Shown: in pieces, positions 38,408 through 47,492 of the stretch
How positions within the stretch are numbered: position 1 is the stretch's first letter
Layout: the number at the start of each line of letters is the position of its first letter
Origin: Bacteroidia bacterium
GTDB taxonomy: Bacteria; Bacteroidota; Bacteroidia; M30B66
DNA length: 64,000 bases
Reading direction: 5' to 3'
Assembly: GCA_965279035.1 (NCBI GenBank)
Contig: OZ257142.1
Coordinates: 3,936,001 to 4,000,000, forward strand
Notes under the pieces: model-generated
The model's database searches: none
The model's input: the letters and a program-made list of their open reading frames with translations, nothing else
What the model was told of the DNA's origin: nothing
Position numbers and translations under genes: made by a program

Positions 38408-41400
38408 CTAGTTTTTAATAACCCGTTTATTCATCACCCAACCTGCTGATTGAATTCGAAGAATATATACTCCAGAAGTAAGATTCTCAAATGACATAGA
38501 AATAGCTGAAGTAGCAGGAAGGACAATACGTTGAAGAACCTGTCCCTGTATTGTTAAGAGATTCAAATGCGCCAATTGATTACTCGTAGATTCTATCCGA
38601 ATAATATCATTTGTTGGATTCGGATACAAACTAAAATCAGTCGTTAAATCGGATATTCCAAGAACTGTGTAATTAAATGCTGTAGAATTCGATTGGCACC
38701 CATTCGTATCAGTAATCAAAACCGAGTAATCGCCTGTAACAGTTGGATTTATTAGAGCATTATTACTTCCTGAAATGGTTGAACCATTGAAATACCATTG
38801 GTAGAAAACAGGTGAAGTTCCTGAAATAGCTTCGAGCTGATTTCCGTTTAACACAATGCTTGGAGTTTCGGGTAATGCATAAACAGTTATTGTATCATTT
38901 AAGAGAAGTGTATCGCTACCATTTGGATTACTCACTATTAATTGAACAGGATAAATGCCTGATGTTGGATAACAAATATTTATTGGATTTTGGATAGTAG
39001 ATGATGCGGTGAAAGCACCCGGAAATGACCAATTCCAAGTAATTGGATTACCAGTTGAAGTGTCTGTAAAACTGATACATCCGCCGGTACAAATTGCAGG
39101 ATTTGAAATACTAAAAGCTGCATGAGGGAATTCTGAAATAGAATTGCCACAAACCGAAACATGTTGCCCAAGATTAGATAAATCATCTACAGGCAAAACG
39201 TTCCATTGTGAGGATGATTGATTCCAATCGGTATTAGCTCGATCGGATGATTGACTGCGGATGAGCGTGTGTGAGGCTGTATTGGTTCCATTGAAAGTCC
39301 AATTGCTACCAGGATTATTTCCAATTATTCCAATTAAATCAATGATTGTTTCTTGATGTTTCAGAGCAAGGGCATCATTTCCATTAAATGAAACAACCAA
39401 ACTTGATAGAGTTGCAACAGAATTAATACTAGGTGAATTAGCCAATGGATGTTTGATAACAATTACTTGATGCGATGCAATACTGCCTGAAAGCACTTGA
39501 GAATAGGAAACCGTGTTTGAACCATTTAAAAATAATTCAAGCGAATAATTCGATAAATCAATAATTGATGAAGTTGGATTAAATAGCTCAATTGCATTTT
39601 CATTTTCCGAACCATCTACATATTCTGAAATAAATAATTCGGCACATCCTTCTGATTGAGGAATGCTAATCGCACAAGGTTTTGTAAGTGTGGTGTAGCC
39701 ATAATCGTTATAAGCCGTTAAGGTTACATCATGACAACCCGGACTTAACATCGTAACACTTTGCACATCCTGTGAAATAGAACTCGGTGGATTTGCATCT
39801 TGAAATTGCCAAAACCAGAAATCAGGCATATTGCCACTAAAATCAAAGAAATCAACCGAGTTTCCCGTTACATCAAATGTAAAATTCGGTTGAGGCGGAA
39901 GTCCTAATTGATTTGTAACAGTGATCCAATAATCTTCTGTTTCTCCAGCATTAAATAGCGCACATGCATCAGCAGCACCCATCGACAATGCTACAGGAAC
40001 GCACCTTACACGCATTCGCGTTATACCCAATAAAGCATTGACTGGTACTGATAAATAATTAAATACCGGCTGATTAGGTATTGAAGCAGCTGAAATTTCA
40101 ACATATTCGGATACTGTAAATTGTCCATTTTGATCCCAGTCGGTCCAAACGGCTATGCGAGCAGAAACATTGGTTCTAGCTGCAAAATTATACGTGTAAT
40201 TTCTAATAACTTGTGTAGTGGTAGTTCCTGATGCAGGCCAGAGTGTATAAGCATTTCCTGTAATCCCATTGCATCCACTTGGATCGTTTAGTAAGGTCGA
40301 TTGATACATTCGAACAGCATCCAAATAAACCGAACTTGAACAAGCATTTGAATGAAGTGTGGTACAGTAATTCAAATTGGCAACAATCTTCACACGATAA
40401 TCCTGAGTTTCACCAAATGAATACACCGTACATGGGTTCATATTACTACCATTCAAGCCAAGTCCAAATGCAGATCGAACTCGAATTCGGTACACGCCAG
40501 ATGCTTGATTTATTGGAACATTTAAAGTGAAATGCAATGTTTCATTTGGAACACCGGCATTCGCTTCCTGCTCCCCTATTTTCTCATTTAATTCGAATTG
40601 ATTGTTGTTATTCCAATCTACCCAAATCGCATAGAATGTTCCTTGATCGGCACTTATTCGAGTTCCAGAAACAATCTGAAAATCTACATTGGCATTAGGA
40701 GAAGTTATCAAAACTTGATTGGGATAATCATGATAAGTAACTGTTCCAACAATTCCTGAATTGAGATTATTTATGGTACCGCCAATTACGCTTTCTATGA
40801 TATCGCCATCCGAATTACCATAGGTACTTGCAGGCAAACAAGTGCTTCCCGAATTAGAAACGATTGTTACATTATAATCTTCTGTTTCTCCATCTGCATA
40901 ATTTCCACAGGCTTGAAGTGGTAATGGAGAAGAAGTACAACGCACTCGCATACGTGCAGCTCCAGCAGGTGCATTTGCGGGAATAACAAATCCTAAATGA
41001 TGCTGCAAATAGGAAGTAGATGAATATTCTCCCAATTTTTCACCCGAATCATTAAAATCACCATCGCGATTAAAATCAATCCATGCCGCATAATTTGACG
41101 TGTTTGTATAGCCACTAGTAATGGATAAAGTATTCGAATTGCCTGCATATAAAATAGCAGGAAGTAAATTGGAATAATATTGATAAAATGGACTTAATAA
41201 TTCTCCTGATGGATTGAATGTATATCCGATTGATACATCCGAAATAAAATGACCGTTTGAATTAGTATGCGTTGGATTACAAGACGATGGCATAGAACTA
41301 ACCACACGCACATCGTAGTCTTCGGTTTCTCCAAATGAATATCCAATACACGGATTAATTCCAACGGTATTAAATGCACTTCTAACACGCATCCGATGCA

Positions 41401-42259
41401 TTCCTGAACTAGCATTTAATGGAACAGTAAATGGAAACTGAATAATGTCAAACCCATTGCTAGAGCCAAATTCACCCAAGTTCTCATTCACATCTAAAAA
41501 ATCAGCATCATTATTCCAATCTATCCAAACAGCAAATCGATTGTAATCATTTAAGCCATTTTGAACATTGACCACGTAATTAATTCCGGGAGTTAATTCG
41601 GGCACATTGGATGAAGTAAAATAATCATAAAAGGGAGATGTTGATGGTCCTGTAACATTACTCATATTAAGCAAAACCACTGATTTAATGTAATCACCTT
41701 GCAAACTTCCTCCTGCATATATTGGTGTGCAAAAACCACTTAATTCAGGAATAATTGTGACGGAATAATCTTCAGTTTCACTCCAAATATAATTTCCACA
41801 AGGTTCCATATTCAATCCTTGATAGGCACATCGCACACGCATTCGTTTAGCTCCCGTAGATATTCCAATGGGAACTTGAAATGCAATTGTTAAAACTTGT
41901 GCTTCTGAGGTACATAAAACTTCCCCTAATAATTCCTGATCATCGTCAAAATCCTGATCATTATTCCAATCGATCCAAGCTGCATAGCGATCATTGACTA
42001 CGGTTCCAGTAGTTATCGATATAGAATAAGAACCATCAATGGCTAAATCTGGAGCTGTTAATGAAGTATAATCCGAATAAAAAGGGAAACCTGTTGCACC
42101 ACTTGTATTCGTAAGCGTTCCCAAAGAAATGGATGCGATATAATCACCATTCACCGTTCCATCATCGCTGGTTGGAATACAATATTGAGCTTTGACTAAA
42201 TGACTGAACAAGACAAGGCAGATAATCAAAAACGATTTTTGCATGAAATGTAATTTCAT
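38408..42259 (-). CDS. Secreted protein with five GEVED domains, PKD, lamin-tail domain and T9SS CTD
   Basis: Five repeats of WIDWN..DF...RMRVR...(G/S)ET(E/Q)DY; LFISEYVDG..AIELFNPT (LTD); two PKD domains; LYPNPT CTD. Confidence 0.88.
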   Translation of the reverse strand: MKLHFMQKSFLIICLVLFSHLVKAQYCIPTSDDGTVNGDYIASISLGTLTNTSGATGFPFYSDYTSLTAPDLAIDGSYSISITTGTVVNDRYAAWIDWNNDQDFDDDQELLGEVLCTSEAQVLTIAFQVPIGISTGAKRMRVRCAYQGLNMEPCGNYIWSETEDYSVTIIPELSGFCTPIYAGGSLQGDYIKSVVLLNMSNVTGPSTSPFYDYFTSSNVPELTPGINYVVNVQNGLNDYNRFAVWIDWNNDADFLDVNENLGEFGSSNGFDIIQFPFTVPLNASSGMHRMRVRSAFNTVGINPCIGYSFGETEDYDVRVVSSMPSSCNPTHTNSNGHFISDVSIGYTFNPSGELLSPFYQYYSNLLPAILYAGNSNTLSITSGYTNTSNYAAWIDFNRDGDFNDSGEKLGEYSSTSYLQHHLGFVIPANAPAGAARMRVRCTSSPLPLQACGNYADGETEDYNVTIVSNSGSTCLPASTYGNSDGDIIESVIGGTINNLNSGIVGTVTYHDYPNQVLITSPNANVDFQIVSGTRISADQGTFYAIWVDWNNNNQFELNEKIGEQEANAGVPNETLHFTLNVPINQASGVYRIRVRSAFGLGLNGSNMNPCTVYSFGETQDYRVKIVANLNYCTTLHSNACSSSVYLDAVRMYQSTLLNDPSGCNGITGNAYTLWPASGTTTTQVIRNYTYNFAARTNVSARIAVWTDWDQNGQFTVSEYVEISAASIPNQPVFNYLSVPVNALLGITRMRVRCVPVALSMGAADACALFNAGETEDYWITVTNQLGLPPQPNFTFDVTGNSVDFFDFSGNMPDFWFWQFQDANPPSSISQDVQSVTMLSPGCHDVTLTAYNDYGYTTLTKPCAISIPQSEGCAELFISEYVDGSENENAIELFNPTSSIIDLSNYSLELFLNGSNTVSYSQVLSGSIASHQVIVIKHPLANSPSINSVATLSSLVVSFNGNDALALKHQETIIDLIGIIGNNPGSNWTFNGTNTASHTLIRSQSSDRANTDWNQSSSQWNVLPVDDLSNLGQHVSVCGNSISEFPHAAFSISNPAICTGGCISFTDTSTGNPITWNWSFPGAFTASSTIQNPINICYPTSGIYPVQLIVSNPNGSDTLLLNDTITVYALPETPSIVLNGNQLEAISGTSPVFYQWYFNGSTISGSNNALINPTVTGDYSVLITDTNGCQSNSTAFNYTVLGISDLTTDFSLYPNPTNDIIRIESTSNQLAHLNLLTIQGQVLQRIVLPATSAISMSFENLTSGVYILRIQSAGWVMNKRVIKN

Positions 42260-42361
42260 AATTGGGAGCTAAAATAAATCATCCATTGTTGTCATTGTAA
42301 ATTATGATTTTCCTGTTTAAAGCAAGTCCAATATCTCTCAAACGATCGGTATCTTTGCATC

Positions 42362-43432
42362 ATGCTTCGCCTTCCTATTTTCTTGCTTTTCATTTCCTGC
42401 ATTATTTCCTGCAATCGTCCTTACACCGGAAAATATACACCACCCATCGTAGCCAAGTCATTTGCAGATTGCGCCATTCCGCCTGCTCCAGATTATAGCA
42501 ATCCGGATCATTGGGCCGCATTACCTACAAAAAAAGATATGGCGGATAGCGTTCCAAATCGCAGTGTAAAAGATGGACAAGCTGAGGCGAAGGTTGATGT
42601 ATTTTTTCTACATCCTACACTATATCTCGAATCGGGTGAAGGAAAACCCTATCCTTGGAATGCTGAAGTGAACGACGCTACTATGAATGCCAAAGTGGAT
42701 GGTAGCACAATTCTCAATCAAGCTAGCGTATTTAATGGTTCGTGTCGTGTGTATGCGCCTCGCTATCGTCAAGCTCATATCAGTTCGTTCTTTACTACTG
42801 ATACCAAAAGTGGTGAAGCAGCCTTAGCTCTTGCTTATGAAGACACCAAAACAGCCTTTCTTTATTACCTCGAACATTTCAATAATGGGCGACCGTTTTT
42901 TATTGCTGGACATAGTCAAGGAACACGTCATGCGGGTTTGCTCATTCGAGAATTTATAGAAGGAAAAGCACTTGCAAAAAAACTCATTGCAGCGTACGTC
43001 ATTGGCATGCCCGTTCCCAGCGACTATTTTACTCAACTCCCGATTTGCGATAGTCCAGACCAAACAGGTTGTTACATCACCTGGGCAACCTATCAAAAAG
43101 GATTTTACCCGCTTAATTACGAAAGTGCAGGATTCAATCGCGGAAAGTGTGTAAATCCACTATGCTGGACAACCGATTCAACCTATGTTTCGAGAAATAA
43201 AAATAGTGGTGGAATAACATGGAAATTCAACAAGGTAAAAAGGCGAATTAATGGGGCTCAATCGAACAAGGGAATTTTATGGATTGAAAAACCTCATGTT
43301 CCCGGACGAATGTTTATTCACATTGAAAATTATCACGTGGCCGACTACAATTTGTTTTGGTTTAACATCCGCGACAATGTTCGTATTCGTTCAGAAACGT
43401 ACCTTAAAAATACGCCATACTATTCCAATTGA
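42362..43432 (+). CDS. DUF3089 alpha/beta-hydrolase lipoprotein
   Basis: Lipobox ISC; DVFFLHPT; YAPRYRQ; GHSQG nucleophile elbow; YHVADY. Confidence 0.85.
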   Translation: MLRLPIFLLFISCIISCNRPYTGKYTPPIVAKSFADCAIPPAPDYSNPDHWAALPTKKDMADSVPNRSVKDGQAEAKVDVFFLHPTLYLESGEGKPYPWNAEVNDATMNAKVDGSTILNQASVFNGSCRVYAPRYRQAHISSFFTTDTKSGEAALALAYEDTKTAFLYYLEHFNNGRPFFIAGHSQGTRHAGLLIREFIEGKALAKKLIAAYVIGMPVPSDYFTQLPICDSPDQTGCYITWATYQKGFYPLNYESAGFNRGKCVNPLCWTTDSTYVSRNKNSGGITWKFNKVKRRINGAQSNKGILWIEKPHVPGRMFIHIENYHVADYNLFWFNIRDNVRIRSETYLKNTPYYSN

Positions 43433-43516
43433 AGCAATTGAGTAGGGCAGAATTCTATTTTTATCTTCTTTTGCTTCCAAAAATTTTCTTAGGTTTGAAA
43501 AAAAATACCCATACTT

Positions 43517-45853
43517 ATGAGGAACATCGCTACGTTTCTTTTCCTGCTTTGCAGCTTTCCAATTTTCTCTCAAAATTGTCAAACAGGCTTCACCGAAGTC
43601 ATTGTTAAAATCATCCCCGATAACTATCCAACTGAAACTTCTTGGGAAGTTTTAAATGCAGGAAATGTTGTTGCTACTGGAACAACCAATAGTGATACGC
43701 TTTGTGTTCCGGATAATTCCTGTGTTCAAGTACTCATTCACGATTCGTATGGTGATGGTATTTATTCACCGGGTGGATATTGGATTTACATCAATGGTAC
43801 ACAAGTGGCCACAGGTAGCTCATTTGGATTTGAAGCTATTCATGAAGTAGCTTGCCCGCAAGGTTCTACTTGTAGTCAACCGTTCCCAATCAATACAGGA
43901 AATTGGGTTACTCAATTTGAAGATACATGGTACTCATATACACCCGGTGTTTCTGGAATTTACACACTCAATACTTGCGGAACTAACACGTGTAATACCG
44001 CTCTTTGGGTTTTTGAAAATTGTCCAATCGTAGGCGTAACTGATGGACCAATGGGTTCTTATGCATTTAATGATGATGTGGCTACTTGCGGAACACAATC
44101 AACTGTGAATGTGATTATGGTTGCAGGTCATACCTACATTATACGTGTTGGAGATGTGGCCAATGGTTGTACCGATCCAATCAATTTCTCTTTTAATTAC
44201 CAAGGACCAATCACAGGTTGCACCGACATTAGTTCATGTAATTACAATCCTTTAGCAACAGAAGATGATGGCTCATGTATATATTATCCAAACCCAGGTT
44301 GCGAAGGTCCTGACTTAGCTTTCGATTCGGTTCGTTTCGTAACTTCTCTCTACTTAGGCACACATACAACTTCTGGTTGCGATATTTCTGAAGACTGTGT
44401 TACAGGATACGGATTACGCTATGTAATTCAATTTTCATCAAAAATCAATAATGTCGGAACAACCGATTATTATATTGGAACTCCTTCTTCACAGCCTGGA
44501 CAATTTAATACTACTAATTGCCACGGACACGCGCATTACGAAGGGTATGGTGATTACAGATTATATGATGCCGACAATAATATCATCCCTGCTGGACATA
44601 AAAACGGTTTCTGCGTGATGGATTTATGTGGATTTGGTCAGTATAACTGTTCCAACATGGGAATTTCGGCAGGTTGTTATGATGAGTATGGTGCTGGAAC
44701 ACAATGTCAGTGGATTGATATTACTGATGTTCCTGAAGGCGATTACCGCTTAGCTGTTATTATCAATTCGCAACACCGAGCTGATGCTTTGGGTCGTCAC
44801 GAAATTAATTACATGAACAATGCATTGCAGGTGTGTATTCACATTACACGCGATGCGAACAATGTTCCTTCGTTTACACTCTTGCCAGAATGTACTCCAT
44901 TTGTTGATTGTGCTGGCATTCCGGGTGGTATGTCTATTGCCGATTGCAACAACGATTGTGGTGGTTCAGCCATGTTTGGTAATACTGTAGAAGATCAAAT
45001 TGTGAATGCTCAAGATATGGCTGGGTATTTCAATTTGTTTGAACAAGATAATGCTGCTGCAATGCCATGTTATGACCTTAACAGCAACAATGCATTAACT
45101 GTTTACGATGCTGCACTTGAACAATGGTGTTTGAATTCGGCTGGAACTGGTGCTGGTATGTCGCATTGTTATTTCCCACGCGATGTCATCAACCCTTCTG
45201 ATACAACTGGAGTTGCCATTACTCAGGTGAATTTTAATAGTAATTATTTGGATGTTGAATTAATGTCGCCACGTGCTGATATAATGGCTTGGCAGTTTCG
45301 AGTGAGTGGTATTCATATGACCGATGTAGTTGCTTTAACAAGCGATATTGATATGCCAATGTTGTTAGGTAAAAATGTTTCACGTAGTGAAGTATTTGGA
45401 CTTTACAATGGCGATAGTTTATTGCACCGCTCACCAACAGCGAATGCCATTTGCCGTATCTATTTTGATCAAGTTACCGATACAGCGATTTGTATTTCAA
45501 ACATTCAGGATATTCCTAACAAGAATGGAGAAAAAACAGTGACCGAAATTTATGGATCATGTTTCGAAACTTCAGTGGGTATGAGCACATTACCAATGCG
45601 TTCTCATCTAACCATTATGCCAAATCCAGCAAAAGACATGGCTTGGGTGAATGTTCCAGAAGGCAGCAATTGGAATGGTGCTTGGGAATTAATTGATGCA
45701 ACTGGACGTGTTGTTCGAAGTGTTCAGCCTTCTATAGGCAATCATGCTCAACTTTTTGCCATCCAATTAAATGATCTGAGCAACGGTGTTTACATCTTGC
45801 GAATACAGGATAAAAATGGCCGAAATGCAATAGGAAGATTAGTGAAGAATTAA
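43517..45853 (+). CDS. Secreted lysyl-oxidase-domain protein with T9SS CTD
   Basis: CHGHAHY copper site; GHKNGFC (LTQ Lys); GCYDEY (LTQ Tyr); CQWIDITDV; GCTD..CNYNP.AT.DDGSC repeat; IMPNPA CTD. Confidence 0.88.
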   Translation: MRNIATFLFLLCSFPIFSQNCQTGFTEVIVKIIPDNYPTETSWEVLNAGNVVATGTTNSDTLCVPDNSCVQVLIHDSYGDGIYSPGGYWIYINGTQVATGSSFGFEAIHEVACPQGSTCSQPFPINTGNWVTQFEDTWYSYTPGVSGIYTLNTCGTNTCNTALWVFENCPIVGVTDGPMGSYAFNDDVATCGTQSTVNVIMVAGHTYIIRVGDVANGCTDPINFSFNYQGPITGCTDISSCNYNPLATEDDGSCIYYPNPGCEGPDLAFDSVRFVTSLYLGTHTTSGCDISEDCVTGYGLRYVIQFSSKINNVGTTDYYIGTPSSQPGQFNTTNCHGHAHYEGYGDYRLYDADNNIIPAGHKNGFCVMDLCGFGQYNCSNMGISAGCYDEYGAGTQCQWIDITDVPEGDYRLAVIINSQHRADALGRHEINYMNNALQVCIHITRDANNVPSFTLLPECTPFVDCAGIPGGMSIADCNNDCGGSAMFGNTVEDQIVNAQDMAGYFNLFEQDNAAAMPCYDLNSNNALTVYDAALEQWCLNSAGTGAGMSHCYFPRDVINPSDTTGVAITQVNFNSNYLDVELMSPRADIMAWQFRVSGIHMTDVVALTSDIDMPMLLGKNVSRSEVFGLYNGDSLLHRSPTANAICRIYFDQVTDTAICISNIQDIPNKNGEKTVTEIYGSCFETSVGMSTLPMRSHLTIMPNPAKDMAWVNVPEGSNWNGAWELIDATGRVVRSVQPSIGNHAQLFAIQLNDLSNGVYILRIQDKNGRNAIGRLVKN

Positions 45854-45895
45854 TCAAAAAAAAGCCTCGGAAAATATCCGAGGCTTTTTTTTGAT
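45853..45895. terminator. Intrinsic terminator after the LOX gene
   Basis: ATCAAAAAAAAGCCTCGGA-AAATA-TCCGAGGCTTTTTTTTGAT. Confidence 0.85.
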
Positions 45896-45949
45896 AGTTT
45901 GAATCGCTTATAATTTGATTCAACTAAATCTAGCATTCGTCATTCATTG

Positions 45950-46163
45950 CCTCGGACTTAAGTCCGAGGGTGCTATTGTTTGAAATTAGCAGATTGCAGA
46001 GAATGTATAGGGATTTACTAAATCTGGCAGCATTGAATTGTAGCCTCGGACTTAGGTCCGAGGGTGCAGATATTAGAGATTGGCAGATTGCAAAGTATGT
46101 GATTAGGATTTACTAAATCTACCTTTTATCATTCGTAGCCTCGGACTTAAGTCCGAGGATGCT
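45950..46163 (+). repeat. REP-like palindrome cluster C (3 copies)
   Basis: CCTCGGACTTA(A/G)GTCCGAGG at 45950, 46044 and 46139; two are preceded by GTAG; linkers share GCAGATTGCA and GGATTTACTAAATCT. Confidence 0.88.
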
Positions 46164-46289
46164 TTTGTTAGAGAATTGTATTTGTAGTAATTCGCTATTC
46201 GTTTGTTAACATTTCCAACTGTAAAAGTTCTTTGAGAAGATTGATGGTAAAGACTTCCGGATGTGGTAGTTTTGTATACCACCCTGAAC

Positions 46290-47447
46290 ATGACCGTTAA
46301 AAATCTACTCTTGGCAATCTTGCTCCTTTTTCCTTTTTGGGGAGAGGCTGCACGTGCAAAACGGTGTGAGGGAAAGATTTCGGATCAGGTGGAACATTTG
46401 TTCTATCAAATTAAATCGAAACGAAGTGCTCATAAGCTGGAAGAAATATTCCAAAAGCTGCGAAATACCTATGGTTTTAATGGTGTAGTTCTTATTTCAG
46501 AAAAGAATCATGTCATTTATAAAAAGGCCTTTGGTTATGCCGATTTGCAAAAGCACGATAGTTTGCAACTAAACAGTCAGTTTCAACTAGCTTCCGTTTC
46601 CAAGCAATTCACTTCTATGGCCATTATGATGCTCAAAGAACGTGGCTATTTAAATTACGACGATAAGGTAACACGCTTCTATCCTGATTTTCCTTATGAG
46701 AAAGTAACCATCCGTCAGCTTTTAACACATCGTGCTGGATTGCCCGATTATCGATGGTTTATTGATACGTTATGGACAGATAAAAACAAACCCATTTCGA
46801 ATCAAGATATGATGCGTTTGTTTGCTAAACACAAACCTGATCCTTACTTTTCTACAGGTTCGCACCATGCATACAGTAATACGGGTTATGCGATTCTTGC
46901 AGCCATTGTAGAAAAAATTAGCGGAGTGAGTTTTAGCCAATTTATGCAACTGGCTATTTTCAAGCCTTTGGGAATGAATCATACTTTGGTGTATTCGAAA
47001 TGTGATAATGAAAATCTTCCTGGAAATGTGTGTGGATACGAACGCAATGGTCGTTGGAAAGCTCCCAATGATTGCTTTAACGGAATTACAGGTGATAAAA
47101 ATGTATTCTCAACCGTTGATGATCTTTTCCTTTGGGATCAAGCCTTATACAGTGATAAACTAGTAAAGCAAAGCACACTTAGTGAAGCATTCAAACCGGG
47201 TAGTCCCGAATTAAAAGGTTGGAGGAATTATGGTTTCGGCTGGAGAATTAATCGCACAAATCCCGACAAACTTATTGTTTACCATAGCGGCTGGTGGCGA
47301 GGTTTTCGGACGTTTTTTATGCGAAACGTAAGTGATCAAAATTCCATCATTGTATTATCCAATACGGTGAATTATAGTATCAATAGTTTAGGTGAAGTAT
47401 ACTCGATGGTGATGAATAGTCAACTCGATTCTTTGGCTGTTGACTAA
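46290..47447 (+). CDS. Serine hydrolase, beta-lactamase (class C-like) family
   Basis: ASVSKQF (SxxK), LLTHRAGL, YSN, HSG; signal peptide. Confidence 0.88.
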   Translation: MTVKNLLLAILLLFPFWGEAARAKRCEGKISDQVEHLFYQIKSKRSAHKLEEIFQKLRNTYGFNGVVLISEKNHVIYKKAFGYADLQKHDSLQLNSQFQLASVSKQFTSMAIMMLKERGYLNYDDKVTRFYPDFPYEKVTIRQLLTHRAGLPDYRWFIDTLWTDKNKPISNQDMMRLFAKHKPDPYFSTGSHHAYSNTGYAILAAIVEKISGVSFSQFMQLAIFKPLGMNHTLVYSKCDNENLPGNVCGYERNGRWKAPNDCFNGITGDKNVFSTVDDLFLWDQALYSDKLVKQSTLSEAFKPGSPELKGWRNYGFGWRINRTNPDKLIVYHSGWWRGFRTFFMRNVSDQNSIIVLSNTVNYSINSLGEVYSMVMNSQLDSLAVD

Positions 47448-47492
47448 TGTCGCGTCGAACATTTCGTAAATTCCCGCACAAATTGCTGTAAA

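Noticed and set aside
45950-46163. REP clusters as mini-CRISPR arrays or integron attC sites
   Set aside because: Linkers are 50-80 nt and related to each other; there is no cas or integrase gene, no GTTRRRY core, and the repeats do not separate single genes.
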